The notes under the pieces are model-generated. The model had not been told where the DNA came from. It ran no database searches and saw nothing but the letters and a program-made list of their open reading frames with translations. Below are positions 38,901-55,300 of a stretch of DNA of 64,000 bases, in pieces. Source of the DNA: Antedon mediterranea (taxonomy: Eukaryota; Animalia; Echinodermata); assembly GCF_964355755.1 (NCBI RefSeq), contig NC_092679.1, positions 20,505,432-20,569,431 of the forward strand, given 5' to 3'. Every line of letters begins with the position of its first letter. Positions within the stretch are counted from its first letter, which is position 1. Made by a program: the position numbers and the translations under genes.

Positions 38901-39698
38901 AAACTAACGAAAAAAATAGAACATTTACTGTATTTCATGTAAGAAAATATCTAAGATGAATGAATGAATAAAATTGGTGGTAATTCAGAAAAATTTAACA
39001 GCTAAAATTAAATTCCAAACAAATACAAAACTGGTACAAGGCTTAGACAATCAGAAGTAAATTTAAATTTAATATATACATATATATTTCTAATTATCTG
39101 CTTTTTTATCGAGCATCTTTTGTTCAGGTCTTAAGTAAAACACAAAGGTTGTTATTGTTATTACGATACTATATCGATCGATCATGTATATATTTATATT
39201 TCTGAAAGTTCCACTCATTTCATAACTTAATATGCATCGTTTCTGAATAAATCAAAAAATTTCTTTTTACATTAAATTACGCATAGGCCTATTTACAAAT
39301 GTATTTATTTTTTATTTATTTAATAAAACCTCTAGAAGGAGAAGCAGTCTTGTACAACCTATATAATGACGATGATAATTATACATGACAAAGATTTAAT
39401 CTTTGACCTAGTTCCATATGCCCTTTTAAATGTCATTCTAAAATTATGATTTTGTTTTTCTTTGTTTTATTTTAGCTATAAAAAGGAATGAAATGAAATT
39501 TAACCCCGACTTATAATATTTACGGTACGTTTCTAACAAATATTAAAAACATGTTTATTGTCACTGGAACTGTTCAAGCGTGACTTCAATTATCAATTAT
39601 TATTATTACTAGAGGGTGAGCTCGCTTCGCTCGCTCCCCCCTCGCTAACCTAAGTGTCTTAAAAGTGTAGACGATGGTTCTCGGAATGATAATATTAA

Positions 39699-40313
39699 TA
39701 TTGTAATATTGTGTGGGGCAGATCAAATAAAAAAAATACTAATAAACTACAAATGCTACAAAACAGAGCAGCCAAAATTATTACAAAAACAAGGAAATAC
39801 GACTCAAGTACACAAGCCCTGCAAAACTTAAACTGGATAAATCTTAATACTCAACTACATAATAATGAAGCCAAAATGTTATATAAAATATTCCATAATC
39901 AAGCACCACCATATCTAAACGAACTATTTACACCCAAACTAGACACATACAATACAAGATCAAAGGATGTATTAAAATTGAATAAACCCAAAACAGAATA
40001 TAAAAAAAAAAGTTTTTCATATCATGGTGCTAGTTTATGGAATACTCTAAAAAAACCAATGCAAAATGCCACAAATTTAAATACTTTCAAAAACTTATTG
40101 GTGTGATTTATTATTTATTTTGTACTCTTATCACAAATGTAATTAAGGTTTCTGTTCATATATTTTTGTTCTCTAATTTGTTATTTTTAAAATGTGTTAT
40201 TTTTAAATGTGTAATGTACTACTGTTAGTTGATCACGGCCTTGTAGAAGAACACCTTTATGGTGACACAAGCTTTTCCGTGTTAAAATAAAGTATTTATT
40301 ATTATTATTATTA
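39699..40313 (+). mobile_element. 3' fragment of a CR1/L2-clade LINE
   Basis: VWG...KLQMLQNRAAKIIT...LNW...P.YL...YNTR...KKSFSYHGASLWNTL is the typical RT C-terminus, followed by AATAAA and a (TTA)n tail. Confidence 0.85.
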
Positions 40314-43300
40314 TAATGACTCGGGACGTAAACAGTTTTATAAGGACATTCTGGCCTGGACAATTTCGGTCGGTTACCATTATTTAAATGCTTTTGATAT
40401 TCGTAAAACTAAACGTACTCACTAACCTAAGTGTCTTAAGTGATTAATAGCGTTTTAGGCGTATAGTGTTTATTGTAGAGTGAAAATTGGTAAAAAAGAA
40501 TAACAAATGCTTGGTAAATTGTAGATAACCGTCCGAAGAAATCTACTAAAAATAGTATAATTGGGTTATAAATATAATATTTTGGATGGGCGTTTATTAG
40601 ATGTATTTGGGGTGGGGTTGAGTAGCGAGATAATTATTTTAATTGATGTTTTATTGGGGAGGTGTTCCGGGCGTTTATTCAAATAAATACCATCCTAATT
40701 GGTGTAATTAATACATTATTCCGCGACACAGTGGCCTAAGAAGAAAGACGTTTTAGACGGCTTGCAACCTGGGCAGTATCCCAGGGTCCTGACGGGACAC
40801 AGATAGCGCACAGTATACATAAAGTCTTGGCAGCTTACTCAACAACTCGGCTATTGTGGTTTATGTACTACTATTATATACCTTCACACGCACGGTCCGA
40901 AAATAAACAAAAAAACTAAATGGCTATCGCCACCAAGCACCAACGGCCAACTTAGTTGAAACAGGTAGTTGTTTTACAACTCCCTGATTGAAACCAACAC
41001 CTTACCGTGAACCCGGAAATTACTTCTACCGCGCGTAGAGTTAAAATTTACAGTTTGAAATCAGAAAAAAGAAACCCTTTATAATATCTTCCTAAGATAG
41101 AAATATGGAACAATAGCGTCGATGTGAAAACTAATGTTATCAAATCTACGTTTCGCGGTACATCTGAGATAGATAAGGTAGGTAAGGCGGAGATTTGTAC
41201 CGAAGTTTTTGCATTGTGCTTGCCTATGTCAGAACTATGTCAGAATTAACCATAATTTATATATAGATAGATGTTCCAGTTTTAGTAATCCGGCAGCTTA
41301 TGTGACGATAACAATCGCCAATATATGTTACATCGTTAAGATATCCATTCTAAACAATTATAATTCCATCTTCAAAATATAATTTGACTCGATAAATAAG
41401 CATTTCAATTGATTATAATAGTTATTATAATATTTACAACTCCTCCTTTAAGAGTCACTACTTTTAAAGAGACACTCCTCCCATCCCTACTCGTGAAACG
41501 AATAAAATATTTTAGACTAATGGCCAACCTCTTTTCATGGCCGGGCACAATTTGCTGGGCCCAAGGCCAAGGCCCATTATTAGGTGTTCACTTGTACTTG
41601 ATTGTATTTTTGGAGATGAAATAATAATAATAAAAAACAAACAAACACGAATGTGCGATACTCGGGTTACAGCAAAAGAAGCTGTAATGACGTCATAAGA
41701 CCGGATGTGACGTCACATACACATCAATAACCCCGCTACCAAATATAGCTATACGGTACCATCTTCGAGACGTGATGAATCCGGCTCTATAGCTTTGAGG
41801 AAATGTCCCTGTAGTATACTAATGCCAAATCCCAGCTCAATACGTACTACCACGAATAAGGGAGGAGTAGTACTTTATAAATCGCACTTTTTACTCAATA
41901 GTGTCGGATGGAAGAAGAGGAGAAGATGAGCGAGTCCTAGACTCGGGTACCCCGAGCAAAAAGTGTTCACTCTAATAATATGATTTACTATACCGTGAAA
42001 CGATTCTAGGGGGAAATATATTATTAACAATACGCTTAATATTTTCCACACATTAAGGTAAAAATTGTGTTCGATCCATGTCATTATATAGTAATAATAT
42101 ATGTAATATATGTATAGATAAGTTATATATTTTCAATTAAAAAAAAGTGTTTTGCTAATTATTACAGATATGTAGCAATAGTAACATTATAGATCAGCAA
42201 TTAATTTTGTATAACTAATCATCATTTTTTACGGCATTTTTATTATTGAGGCGCATTTATTACTATTCGATGATGTGCTTATTCGACCATACGTCTCACC
42301 ACAGCTTAATTAGAAATAATGTACGCACGTACTACTTATCATAATTTATTCAATTTAAAACCCATTTTGCAAACAATGAGCGCATTAACTACGTCATCAT
42401 CAAGTCTAATTTTTAACAATGTATGATGAAGTTATGCCTATACGTATATTAATTCTTAACAATACAAGTGTATTTAACATGATAGATAAGAGTTGTCATT
42501 ATTTTTAACTACAATGTCAATTTCATTTCATTTTTACAATGTATATTTTATAATGAATAAGAAACAAATTTATTCCAAGATTTATTCGTGTTTATCATTC
42601 TTTTAACAAACTACGTGTATTACTTTCAAACACAAGAAGAAATAATTATCTTAAGTTATAGTCTATTATTCTTTTATACTAGGTCCAATTGCCCATATAC
42701 TATATTGAATAAATTCCCTAAAAAAGGAAAGAAGATTCACACACAAAAAACATTTAAAATAAATCATTTAATGTTGGAATTCATATGACAAAATATTGTT
42801 TATACTATAAACACAATTTAAAACCTTGATCATTAACCCTCTTTTTACTTATGGCGATAATCGTAGATTAATACTCTACGAAACAATGTATAAACTATGT
42901 GCAGTAGAAAATATGAAAAAATGTGCGTTAGTTAATTGACAGGCGCTCGATTGATTTAGAGAGCAAATTCAGCTTTTCGTCATCAGAGCAAAAACCATTT
43001 GCCGTTGCTACGCAATTTATTGATGCTACAATTTCTGAGAGATTATTCAGTGCAATTAGTTATTCAACGATTCCCATTGGCTGTGCATTTAGACTGCATG
43101 AAATTAACATCCCACTCGGCTTACGGCCATTTTGTACAGATCGATAATAAGAATAACAATTCAGTCTTAGAAGGGAAGGAGGAAAAGGTGAAACACGACG
43201 ACGTCGACATATTAAGAATCAACGCTCTGAAATAACATTTGTTGAAAAATTATATGCAGCAATAAAGGAAAAAGGAAAAGGAAAAGCAAGAAAAGGAGAG

Positions 43301-43341
43301 AAAAGTAAATAGTATCTTGAGGAAATTCTTGTGTTTGGAGG

Positions 43342-46300
43342 ATGGTGAATTCCTTACCATGCTTCTTAAAAGGCTTGACGGCTATCTCTGTGATTCTTCT
43401 TCTAATACAAGGAACAACTTGCGAAGAAATATTCACAAATAATTTTATTGTAGAAGTACATGATGATGTCACTTCCTCCCCAAAATCTATAGCGGAGGAC
43501 CATGGATTTTCTTATCATGGGAAGGTACGTACAATGACCATAATTATAATAGTAGTTATAGTAATAATTAAATTAAAAATGATGATTAAAATATGATAAT
43601 GATATTTATATTGTCATACAATTATGTTCTTTTAATCTTAACATCCTTTCTCTGTTAAAAATATTTGTTATTAATATTGTCATTTGTATTATCATCGTAA
43701 AAAGGAAATAAAAGACATTGTCATTGTCAAAATGAATAATACCCCCTTAATCCATTTAATTGTCATATCAACTAATTAAAAATATCACAGTAATGTCTTT
43801 CTTATTGTCCATCATTCCACATAAAATTGATACGCTCGGTCTATTTTTAATATTACAACTCTTTATTGCTATAATTTGTTCTAGGCTGTATATCCTATCA
43901 ACAATTATAGAAGGGACTTTTTTTAAATAATTTCTCCCACACGTCAATCAATTATGAATATTATTGTTTCATTTTCTTTATTTTTCTCGTGTCATCATCA
44001 TATTATATATACGCCCGCGCATTATTTTTGCTGCGCCTCTTCCTCATTATTTGATCAAATGACTGATATATGGTGAAGAGTGAAATAGAATTTTGATTAA
44101 ATTATGTTTATCTTTCCAAAATATATCCCGAATATTAAAAACTTCCTATAATTATTATACCTACATATAATTCACCTATCATAGGCTATCATATCTAACC
44201 ATATAAAATAGAACTGAATATTAATCTAATTGTTGTAAATCAATATTTATGTCAAAATTATTATTTTTGGCAGACGACAGTTACTGTTGGTGACGTCAAT
44301 TCTTCACTGAATGTAGTATTAGTTATTTAACATTAATAACTTCACTGAGGGATTTAGATTTGGAATTGGTTAAGTAAATCATCTTTCTTGTTAGTAAGCT
44401 GAATTTATCAATCTATAGCTTTCGATATTTCATCTTTATTTTTACCTGGTATTCAACGTTATTATTATTGAAATGTTGAAGGAAGTGTTTATTCTTATTA
44501 GGCAATCAATATCTTTCCTTATTTCCGTACTAAATATAGATAATTTAATTTTAACATCTAACCGGAGTGCTTCTTAGAACAGGTAGGCATGATTAAGCGT
44601 ATGCTGTTGAGACAGGTGGTAATTCTCCTTCCGCTGGAAAAACAATTCGAGTTTACCAATTCTAAAGTGGTCATTTTCCAGTAATATGGACTTGATATCC
44701 AGACTTCTAGGCCTACGTAAAACCCACATTAATGATATTAACAGATTTCTGTGTGTAGGCCTACAGTGACTCCCACTATTCTCGGTGTAACCATCTCCGC
44801 TATATAATATTTATATTTCAGTAAGTCCCACAAAAACACGTTGTGTATACAGCTTTTTAATATTTGATTATTCTTCTAATCCTAATAATGGAAAGTATAA
44901 TTTTATAAATATCCTGTATCCTGATTGTAGGAGGCCTATATGCTTAGACGACGAAACAGTAACGTTTCAATTCAATTGCCTTAAGAATAATATGTTTATT
45001 TAAACCATTTAAAGTGACCAATTGGCATTTCCAGAATTTTGGTCATAAATAATTAAATTAAGTCTAAACGAATCTATCTTTTGCGTTGTAATTTTTCAAT
45101 ACAATGAAATCCTTCACTTTGTCTCATGTTCAAAAATTATCAAAAATTAATTGATTGTTGAAATCACAATTTAGGGACGCAGTCTTAGCGCAACTGTAAC
45201 ATTGAATGTATCCGAAAACTATATACATACATCATAAATAAAGCGAATAATTATGCTATAATTGTTTTATTATAAATACTACCTGTTGTGTCCGGTATCA
45301 TTTTGGTCATCTTTTCACGCATGCGTATCTGCGGATCTTCTCTTCGGTCATCTTCTACAAAATTAAAAGTAAATACTGTAGGTTGTCATAGGATGCAAGA
45401 TGAAGTAGTTGTGTCTTTATACAAATTGAATTAATAAATCTGAATATAATAAAGCTGATTAACAAGGATGTATTTAAACGTGAATATTTATATCAGCGAT
45501 TTATTTATTTATTCAACAATATTTCAGCCAGCGTAAGCTGATTTTGAGAGAAAAACATTACAAGTAAAAAATATATTACAATAGTTAAAATTATTAAATG
45601 TATAAACGTAAATTGAAAGTCAAAAATGTAAATAATGAACTAATAATATTAGTTCATGTAACAGTTTGGTCAAGAAGGCTTTTTGCTTTGTGATACGATA
45701 CGTGGCCTATAGTTTTCGAAGAAGACAATGTCATTAGATGTACAATTATACATTAAGATGCCATATCAAATATGTTGAAATTAAATATAATATGAAATGA
45801 TAATCAAATCTTAACCTAACTCTTATATGAACTAATATTATAAAGACTACATCATCAGATGTACAATTATGCAGATCAGATCAAATTGGTTGAAATTAAA
45901 TATGATGTGAGATTATTACCAAATAACAGTACTTGGCAGAAAGCCTTATAACTTGACCCAACTCTTATATGAACCATGATATAAAGATGGTCGACGTAAT
46001 CAGGTGTCATTAACGTCAACGCATTGGATTTCAGCGTAAAGCGTGGTTCTCACTAGCGACGCAACGCAAGGACGTAACGCAACGCAAGTGAATTGACCAA
46101 TCACAAGCGATGGCTTATTCGCTTGTGATTGCTAACTGTCTTTAACTTCGCTTGTCATTGGTTAAAACGCTTGCGTTGCGTTTACGTCCTTGCGTTACGT
46201 TCTAGTGTGAACCAAGCGTAACTGTAAACCGCGTTTCATATCTTCCCTACATTAGGTGTACAGTAATCAAAGCGTTTAATTTTTTCCGACATCATCAGTA

Positions 46301-49300
46301 CCGAAGCGTTAAAGATGTATTGTCCCCCTGAAAAAATAATTCTTACAAAAATTTTTGTTGAATATGCCATTTAAATGTAACATAATAGTTATCCACTTTG
46401 ACCAACAATAAGATCGAAAAAAAGGAAATTACCTGAAAAAATGTAATTTGAAGCAAAAAATTGTCAAATTGGCTGCCAGCCAATGGATTTTTGGTTGAAT
46501 TTAACCATTTATTTGGTTATTTTGTGAAGTGAAAAACATTATTTTTTTTTCGTTTTTTTCTTCGGAAGTGATTAACTTTATTAAAACTACAAAATAACGT
46601 ATTCAAATTCTGATTTAATTAATCTTCATTTTTCATGTTTTTGGGGGAAAATACATTTTTAATCTATCTAAATGATAATAAATATATTTTTGAATTACGT
46701 CAATTAATAATATTTATATACCAAAGTTCTATGAATATTTTAAATAATTAAAATTGATGACAATTTATGATTGTTATAGTGTTTTGATTCTATAGTTATT
46801 ATATCCATTATTATCGACACTATACCTATTCCTCCCACTTTCTCACCACCATCACTCACGGAATAAATAATATATATAAAACAAAAACAAATCAGTAATC
46901 ATACAATAACAATTTAATTTCTTAATTATTCAAACAATTTTGATTTTTGCCAGAATATTTATAATGTTTCATCCAATTCCCATTATACAATACTTTTTAG
47001 ACACTAGAAGAAGCATTTTGCCATTTAGGAAAATACTTCTTTGAAGTCTATTTTCCACTCGGCAAATTTGTTCGCGCAAATTAAGAGCGGCTGCTTATAC
47101 GCATGCGTATTCATGTTTCCATCTTCAAAATCCCTCTCTGCGCATGTGCTTTCGATTCGGGCGAACAAATTCGCCTAATGGAAAATAGGCTTTAGGCCTA
47201 TAGCCCAATGATAATACGCACAATCCCACGTTGTGTGAAAGTCCATCCTCATGGCTTAGCAATGTGCGTCAGTTATTATGATAAATGAACGTGATTATGA
47301 CGGGTTAGTTATTGATTCCAAATTAGTAGTATTCCGAATATACATTTATCTCCCGGGATGTTGCGAAATGTCAACAACTGCTAGCGACTGTAAATGCTAT
47401 GATAATTAACACGATAATGATATCTATTTCAAATGCATTGTACGATAACATAATACCGTATACTAAAAATACCGTATTTAAAGGCGATGTGATACTTTTG
47501 AAGATATCGATGAACAGATAAAGATATTCTGTAGGCCTAATCGAGACAGTATAAGGAATAATAATTTATTTTTTGTTACAGAGAAAAAAGATACATCTTA
47601 AGCCTATGTTTTACTTGACGGATTTGTTCGCGCGAATCGAAAGCGGCATGTTATACGCATGCGTAGAGAGGGATTTGGAAGATGGGAACATGGATACGCA
47701 TGCGTATAAGCTGACGCTTTTAATTTTTCGGTTTTAGATAACATTAAAGTAACTGAAATTCAATATAAATCCAATTCATTATATCTATAATAAACAGGCC
47801 TATATCAAATAACGTTCAATAGCAGTGGAAAAAACAAATAGATGTGGAAAAAACAACTTTTCCACTTGTTTACATACATTTTAGGCAGACAAGATTCAAG
47901 AAATTGCATTGGTCCACTTTAAAATGGAAATTTGTTTTTCATCAAATTGCAAAAGGCAATGTTAAAATACTATTTATATATTTGTATTGTTGAACGATCT
48001 TTAGTTATAGTAAATTCATCAGGGAATTAGGGTTTGGTTCATCCGATTGTTTTTAATAATTTTACAATATGATTAATTTATGACCAAAATTGTAAAAGTG
48101 TATTTTTAATACTCATTATCTTGTAGCAGGCATATTAAAAAAATAAATCTAAAAATCAAATTACTCTTCAAGAAAGGTCATTTATCGAATTTATTTATTC
48201 TTAGGTCCTGAACAAAAGAAATGTATTCCACTTTACTCATAAAGATGTCCCTGTCAGTCGATCGAGACGCAGTGCTGACGTCATTGACCCTCTAGAAAAT
48301 CATCCACAGGTAAGTAGATGTAATAAATGAGGCAGAGGATTCACGCTAACATATTTCAATTTATTTGAAATATTTAATCTAGTAGATTAAATCTGAACTG
48401 ATTGAAGTCTTCGGAAGATTAACAAAAATATTGACAAATAAAGACAAACGATTTGAAATATTTAATCTAGTTGATTCAATCTCTATTGAAATGTAAATCC
48501 AAAAGATTAAAAAGAAAGATTGATACATTACAAATATATATCATTGTAATTTTTTATTTTTTTTGAAATTTAGATTTTCAATCGATTGGAAATATTTAGT
48601 TGATTCAATCTCAACTGAAATTGAAGCCCAAATTGTTAAAAAGAAAGATTGTTACATTACAAATACATTACAATTACAATATTTTCTTCTTTTTTGTTGT
48701 TGAAAATTTAGATTGTCAATCCATTGGAAATATTTAATCTGGTAGATTAAATAAAGCTGAAATTTAAGTCCAAAAGACTTTAAAAGAAAGATTTATACTT
48801 TACAATATCATTGTCATTTTTAAATTTTTCTTTCGAACAATATTCTGAACATTTATGCAACATTTTTGGCAGTCTTCCTCTTATTTTTTACTGGAATATT
48901 TGTGTTTCTATTAAGGTAAAACGAGTTGTACAATTGACTGGATTCAAACGTTCTAAACGAGGATTTCTTGATTTAAATGAAAGAAATGAACAAGCACCTT
49001 CCATTAAACCAAATCGGTCAACAAATCCAAAACAGAAATTTAACGATCCTCTATTTGATAAACAATGGTTTCTTGTAAGTATAACTGTTTTACCTTTTTA
49101 TCCCTCTAGTATAGTTTATTCTTTTGTACGTGAAAAGACGGATTTTCAAAAGATTGGTTTCGAGAAATACGTATTTTTTTTAAAGAATTGGTTTTATATT
49201 TATTGTATTTTTTGATGTCTTTTTTTAATCGTCTTTTTGATTTTTGTCTGAAACTCAAGTAATACACGTATGAAACGCCATATGTGCACAAATATAGCCC

Positions 49301-52300
49301 AGACTATGCATGTTTATGCCCTCTTAATATTGTTCACCTTTTATTTCTTTAGCATCTCTGCAGTACAGTCTATTGATTTTTATTAAGACTAATATTTACG
49401 ATGCATGAACATTCTAATTAGCATTTGGAATGTTGTGTCTTTATTTTTCTTCGGAAAGGTATCAATCAATTTCTAATTATAGTAACATTATAGTGTTTTC
49501 ATCAATTGGACATATAGTCATTCGTTCATGTTGCTATCATACATTTGAGAATGATCCGAGAACAATAATATAGGCCTACTGTTTTTAAATTTTTAAATCT
49601 AATGAGTATTCGGTATAAATTATATTTGTGAACAACCTAATTGTTATAAAGCTTGGTTCCGATTAGAACGCAGCGCAAAAACGTAAGCGCAATGTAAAGC
49701 GTGGTTCCCACTAGCGACGCAACACAAGGACGTAACGCAACGCAAGTGAATTGACCAATCACAAGCGATGGCTTATTCGCTTGTGATTGCTAACTGTCTA
49801 TAACTTTGCTTGTCATTGGTTAAAACGCTTGCGTTGCGTTTACGTCCTTGAGTTACGTTCCTAGTAGGAACCAAGTTTAAAGCTACATTCCAACTAGGAC
49901 GCAGCGCAAAGACGTAAGCGCAAACTTAAGCGTGGTTCCCACTAGCGACGCAACGCAAGGACGTAACGCAACGCAAGTGAATTGACCAATCACAAGTGAT
50001 GGCTTATTCGCTTGTGATTGCTAACTGTCTATAACTTCGCTTGTCATTGGTTAAAACGCTTGCGTTGCGTTACGTCCTTGCGTTACGTTCTAGTGGGAAC
50101 CAAGCTTAAAGGTGGGTTCTCAATAGAACGCGATGGTTCATCATCATGGTGGTCAAATTGCGTTGTGCTTACGTCATTGCGTTATGTCTTTATGTCCTAT
50201 TTTAAAGAGCAAACTTCATAGTAAGTTGAAGGCTACTGCTCCACTAAGGGTGCCATTGCAAAATCTATAAACAAATTTACATCGTGTGTGTAGGCCTATT
50301 ATTAAATGATTGTTTTGTTATCTATAGTTGAATGATGGTCAGGCTGACGGTAAACCTGGTCTGGATTTAAACGTTATTGAAGCATGGGATCTGGGATATT
50401 TTGGAGAAGGAATAACAATCGCTATTATGGACGACGGTATGGGCAAATTTTGATTAGTCATTCTTTCTTTTCACAACCGACTATTTTTAATTGTCTGTTT
50501 TTAGTGAATTTTCCTTCCCAATAATATTGTTTTAAATACATTTCTAGGTATTGATTACCTCCATCCGGATATAGGCCCAAATTACAACGCAGAGGCCAGC
50601 TATGATTTCAGTAGTAATGATCGCTTTCCATATCCACGTTATACCAATGACTGGTTTAATAGGTAAGGCTACTTAATTATATTTTTCATGCTTTTTCTGT
50701 TTTTTTTTAAAAATCTATTCTTAAAATATTCACTAACGCAACGACGTGGCATAATGCAAGAGAGTTAACCAATTATAAGCGACATTTCGAATGATCTACC
50801 TCATCGTGATTGGTCACCTCACTTTCGGCGCGCTTACGTCCGATCTTTGATTGCGTCCAATTGTGAATCAAGCTTAAACCTTGAATAATTGGGTAAAGAT
50901 AAAGACAGAATTCATACACATTTTGTTGTTTTCATGGCGAGTCCGATTGACGATGGAACACCATTAGTTCAAACATGCGTACAAGAGTATTGTGTTATGT
51001 GTTACTTGTAGTGCCATTAAAGATAATATAAATGGTTACCGTATGTAGACGAATATGGCGACGAAGATGTCAAACTTATCACTTCATGTTTGACTAAATT
51101 GGCTAAAGGAAGTTGACATTCAAAGCAGATATTTTTGTTTTTTTCTTCAAAACCATTCACTCAGTACGGTCCGTTAACACGTCTTTTAATGTCAACTGAA
51201 ACATAAATGATGTAGACGGTAATATATTCAGAACGTTTATGCAAGTAGGTTGAAATGCGTTTAGAATTTTTATTCAATTTTGGCATGACAATAACAATTT
51301 AAAAAATAAAACTAAACAGAACAATAACAAGTAAACAGAATGTCAAACGCGAACTTATTTGACAGGTTCTTTGAAATGGTCCTCTACTAAACATGTTAAA
51401 TTGACATGTAGGCCTACTTTACATGCGAGGTGGATGGAATGGTATACATATACAGTAAGCTTGGTTCCCACACTGTTGAATACAACACGTGGAAGTAGAC
51501 ATGACGCAAGCGAGTTGACCAATAACAAGCGGTGGTTCATCCAGCGCTTGTGATTGATCAAATCTCGTGCGTTGCGCTTACGTTCGTGGTTCTCAGTGGG
51601 AAAAAATGGGCTTCCCTTAGTCAGAGTATCTTCTAAAAACAAAAGAAAGTTCCAATTGGAATGAAACGGAGCACTATGCCTACTTTCTGACTTTCTAGTT
51701 TTAATTAGACCTAGTTTGATGGGTTCAAGAAATCTTTCAATGATTTGTTTCAGTTTCTTTTTTTTTTAACACTTCTTTTTTTTTTTTCTATTCACTTCTT
51801 CTTTTCCTACATTTTTCATTAGTTTGATGGGTTCAAAAAATCTTTAAATGATTTTTACAGTTTTCTTCTTTTTTTAACACTTCTTTTTTCTTTTTCTTTC
51901 TTATTCGTTTCTTCTTTTTCTCCATTTTCATAATGTGTGTAAACCCACGACTATTCTGTATCTTAAAATCTTCAAACGTCAATATTATACAGTTAACATG
52001 CATTATTTTCGTTTGTATCATTGCTAATTGAAGCTGGGCATTGTACACGAGTACCGGTAACAGATAGTCAAATGCGGCTTAAATGTCACGCAACATTTCC
52101 ATCCATAATACGTGCATCTCTTGTCAGATTTAAATTAGAAAATTGTTGAGAAAGCTATAAATTATAGAAATGACTTCCTACGCAAACTTTAATGAAATTT
52201 GTCTTTGATCCTGATCATCTATGTACGTAGATTTACGGTTTCAGAATTAGCTTAAGCCATGCAGACACGAAAGGAATACTGTTTCGTATACCGTATACGA

Positions 52301-55300
52301 AGAAGTATGATAAAATATTGATGTATTTTTTTGTTTTCATAATTTAAATATGTGAAATCTTGTATTTATACCATTATTTTCGTGCGGTTTTAGAATTAGC
52401 TTAAGCCATAACAGACGAAAGGAATACTTTTTCATATATCGTATATGATGAATAGTTTCTCACATCTGGTATTTATATTATTATTTTCGTGCAATTTTTG
52501 TTTGGCGTACCGTTCATTATTAAAAATGAAATGTGTGGGTGCGAGTGTTAGTTTGGAGGGAATCAAGTGAGCATAGCCGAGGGATCTTTGAATACTACTT
52601 GAATAATATGTTGGGTTAAAGTCCAGAAATTTGCTAAAATGTAGTTCAATTTGCGTGTATCTGAAATTACATCTCATTGTTGTATGTCTAATACTATACA
52701 TGGCCTAATCCTATGCTTTAATGTATGTCAACAAAATGTAATGGGATTTTGTAATAACTACCCACGCGAAATCAATGATTGCTTATGTAGTATAACCGTA
52801 CAGTCGTGTGGCAAGATATATTAAAGCCAGGCTGACAAACAAGACACCTATCGTAGGTAATACAGCTGATTTTATGCGACTTTATTCGCGCATTGATAAT
52901 TCTTTTTCTATTAAGGCCTAAAACTTAACACATAGCTCTGGCGTACGCTAAAACAATTCAGTTATAGCAAATTAAACATACGGTAATAAAAGCATCAAAT
53001 TGAGCTAAGGATAGATGTTAAAGCATCGCTGTACCCAAGGTTGAGAATAATATAAACTTGAATTGAGTGGTTCTCGGTTTTTGCCGGTTTTTTAGTTTTT
53101 GATTTGTGTCTGTTTACAGTTCTCGGCTTTCGTCGATTTTGGTGCTTGGTTTTCTTTTTTTATTTATCGGCAGATCCATATACAAATTTATGATAAAAAT
53201 AGTTTTTGAAAACAATGGTGGCCATTTTGATTATCACTGCTAATGAGTCCCTTGTTTAATTCTAACGTCGATGCTAAAGACCCGTCTGTATAGCACCACA
53301 GGTTATCCTGACGCAATCAGTCTAAACTGACGCTCTGAAGTAAAGGTTAATTATGTAATTTAACCCTCACTATTATCTTAATGTATGTTTCATTTTCAGA
53401 AAAAATCGTAACAATCAATCAATATATTTAATCAATAAAAGAAAAATAATCAATAAAATTTAATTTAATTAAGAAATACACAAGAATAAACATAAACGTG
53501 TGGTATACAGTATATTTTCTTGATTTAGATCAATTGTTAGTTTACCATCATTATTATATTATTGTTTTCTAGGAGGCGCCCGAGTCCGGGATGACCGAGA
53601 CGCAACTGGTGCTAGCCATGATTTAAACTAGAACTATTAAAATAAACCTGGCTAGAAACGAGGGCGTATCCCCATACTTCGGTTTGGGTTTAGCTTTGCA
53701 ATATTTATTAGTTTGTTATTTTATCATATAGTTCATGTAAATAATAAAAGCAATATTATGTTCAAAATGTAAAACTATACAATTTTATAAAAGTATTCAA
53801 ACAAAACATAATCTTATAATGCAATATACCATTTTATCATATATATTTATATTATATCGAATCTCTTTTTAATACTGAATATCAATCTTTATATCGTTTT
53901 AGCTCTGTAATATAAATTTTCTCTGTATACATGTTTGTTTTATCTAGATTTCAACACAATATCAAAATATTTTATATAATCTTTTAACCTCTGTCTGTGT
54001 AATATCACTTAAATATTCATTGATAAATAGATAGATAGACATATATACTGTAACCATTCACCATATATTTCAATAAAAGTGGGTTGTCCCCACAAAAGAG
54101 AAAAAAAAAATTTAATCAATAAATTACATTTGTCCTGTCTCGTATTAAAAAAAACGTCATGGCAAAATTCAAAGTTTACGAAATAAATTAATAAGAATAT
54201 TTAAACAGAATTCTAAATAAAAGATATGGTTCGTGTATTTAGTTATGTGTATTTATGTTTGATCATATAGCCATGTGCGTTACATGTTTGCCGTATCGTA
54301 TTATCATTATTTTAGTTCAGTCATCTTTTAAACTCGAAGTTTGCAAAATTTACAAGTAAGAATAAAAACAGTGTTGTAGATATTGTATTTACGAAAGCAT
54401 ATTAGTGTCATTTTAAGTAGATACGTTTTTCGAGCGTAATCCGTTTTAATATTTCGTTTGAACAGATTGTTAATCCATTCAAAATGAATTACTAACTCGT
54501 TATAGAACGGATTACGCTCGAAAAACATATACTGCCGTATCATATATTATCATTCGTAATATTGTATGAGAGGGTAGTGTATATTATAATTTTTAAATTT
54601 CTATTATATAATAGCCATGGTACTCGTTGTGCTGGAGAGGTTTCAGCGGTTGCAGGGAACGGTATATGTGGCGTCGGGGTTGCGTATAAATCTAAGGTAG
54701 CCGGTATACGAATGTTGGATCAACCGTACATGACAGACATGATCGAGGCATCTTCCATGAGTCACAAACCACAGCTGATCGACATTTACAGCGCTAGCTG
54801 GGGTCCACAGGACGACGGGCGAACGGTCGACGGGCCTCGAGATTTGACACTTGATGCTATTGCTGACGGCGTGAACAAGGTAATATTAGGTCATTTGATT
54901 TGAATCACACGTAATGTTCCACTAGGACGCAGACGTAACGTAAAGCTCGGTTCATAGTAGGACGCAACGCAAGGAGGTAAGCCGCAACAAAAGCGAATTA
55001 ACATATCACAATCGAAAGTTCGGATAATCCATCGTTTGTGATTGGTCAAATCACTTGCGTTGCGCTTACGTACGTCCTTGCGTTGAGTCCTAATGGAACC
55101 AAGCTTGAGTGATTTGACAAATCACAAGCGATAGATAATTCGAACTTTCGCTTGTGATTGGTCAATTTCTTTGCGCTACGGCTTAGGTCTTTGCATTGCG
55201 TCTTAGTGGGAACCAAGCTATATAGATTAAAAGCTTGTGTAAAAAATAGAAAAGTAACAAAAACAGTGCGGAAAAGATTATCCTGAATAATGAATGTGTA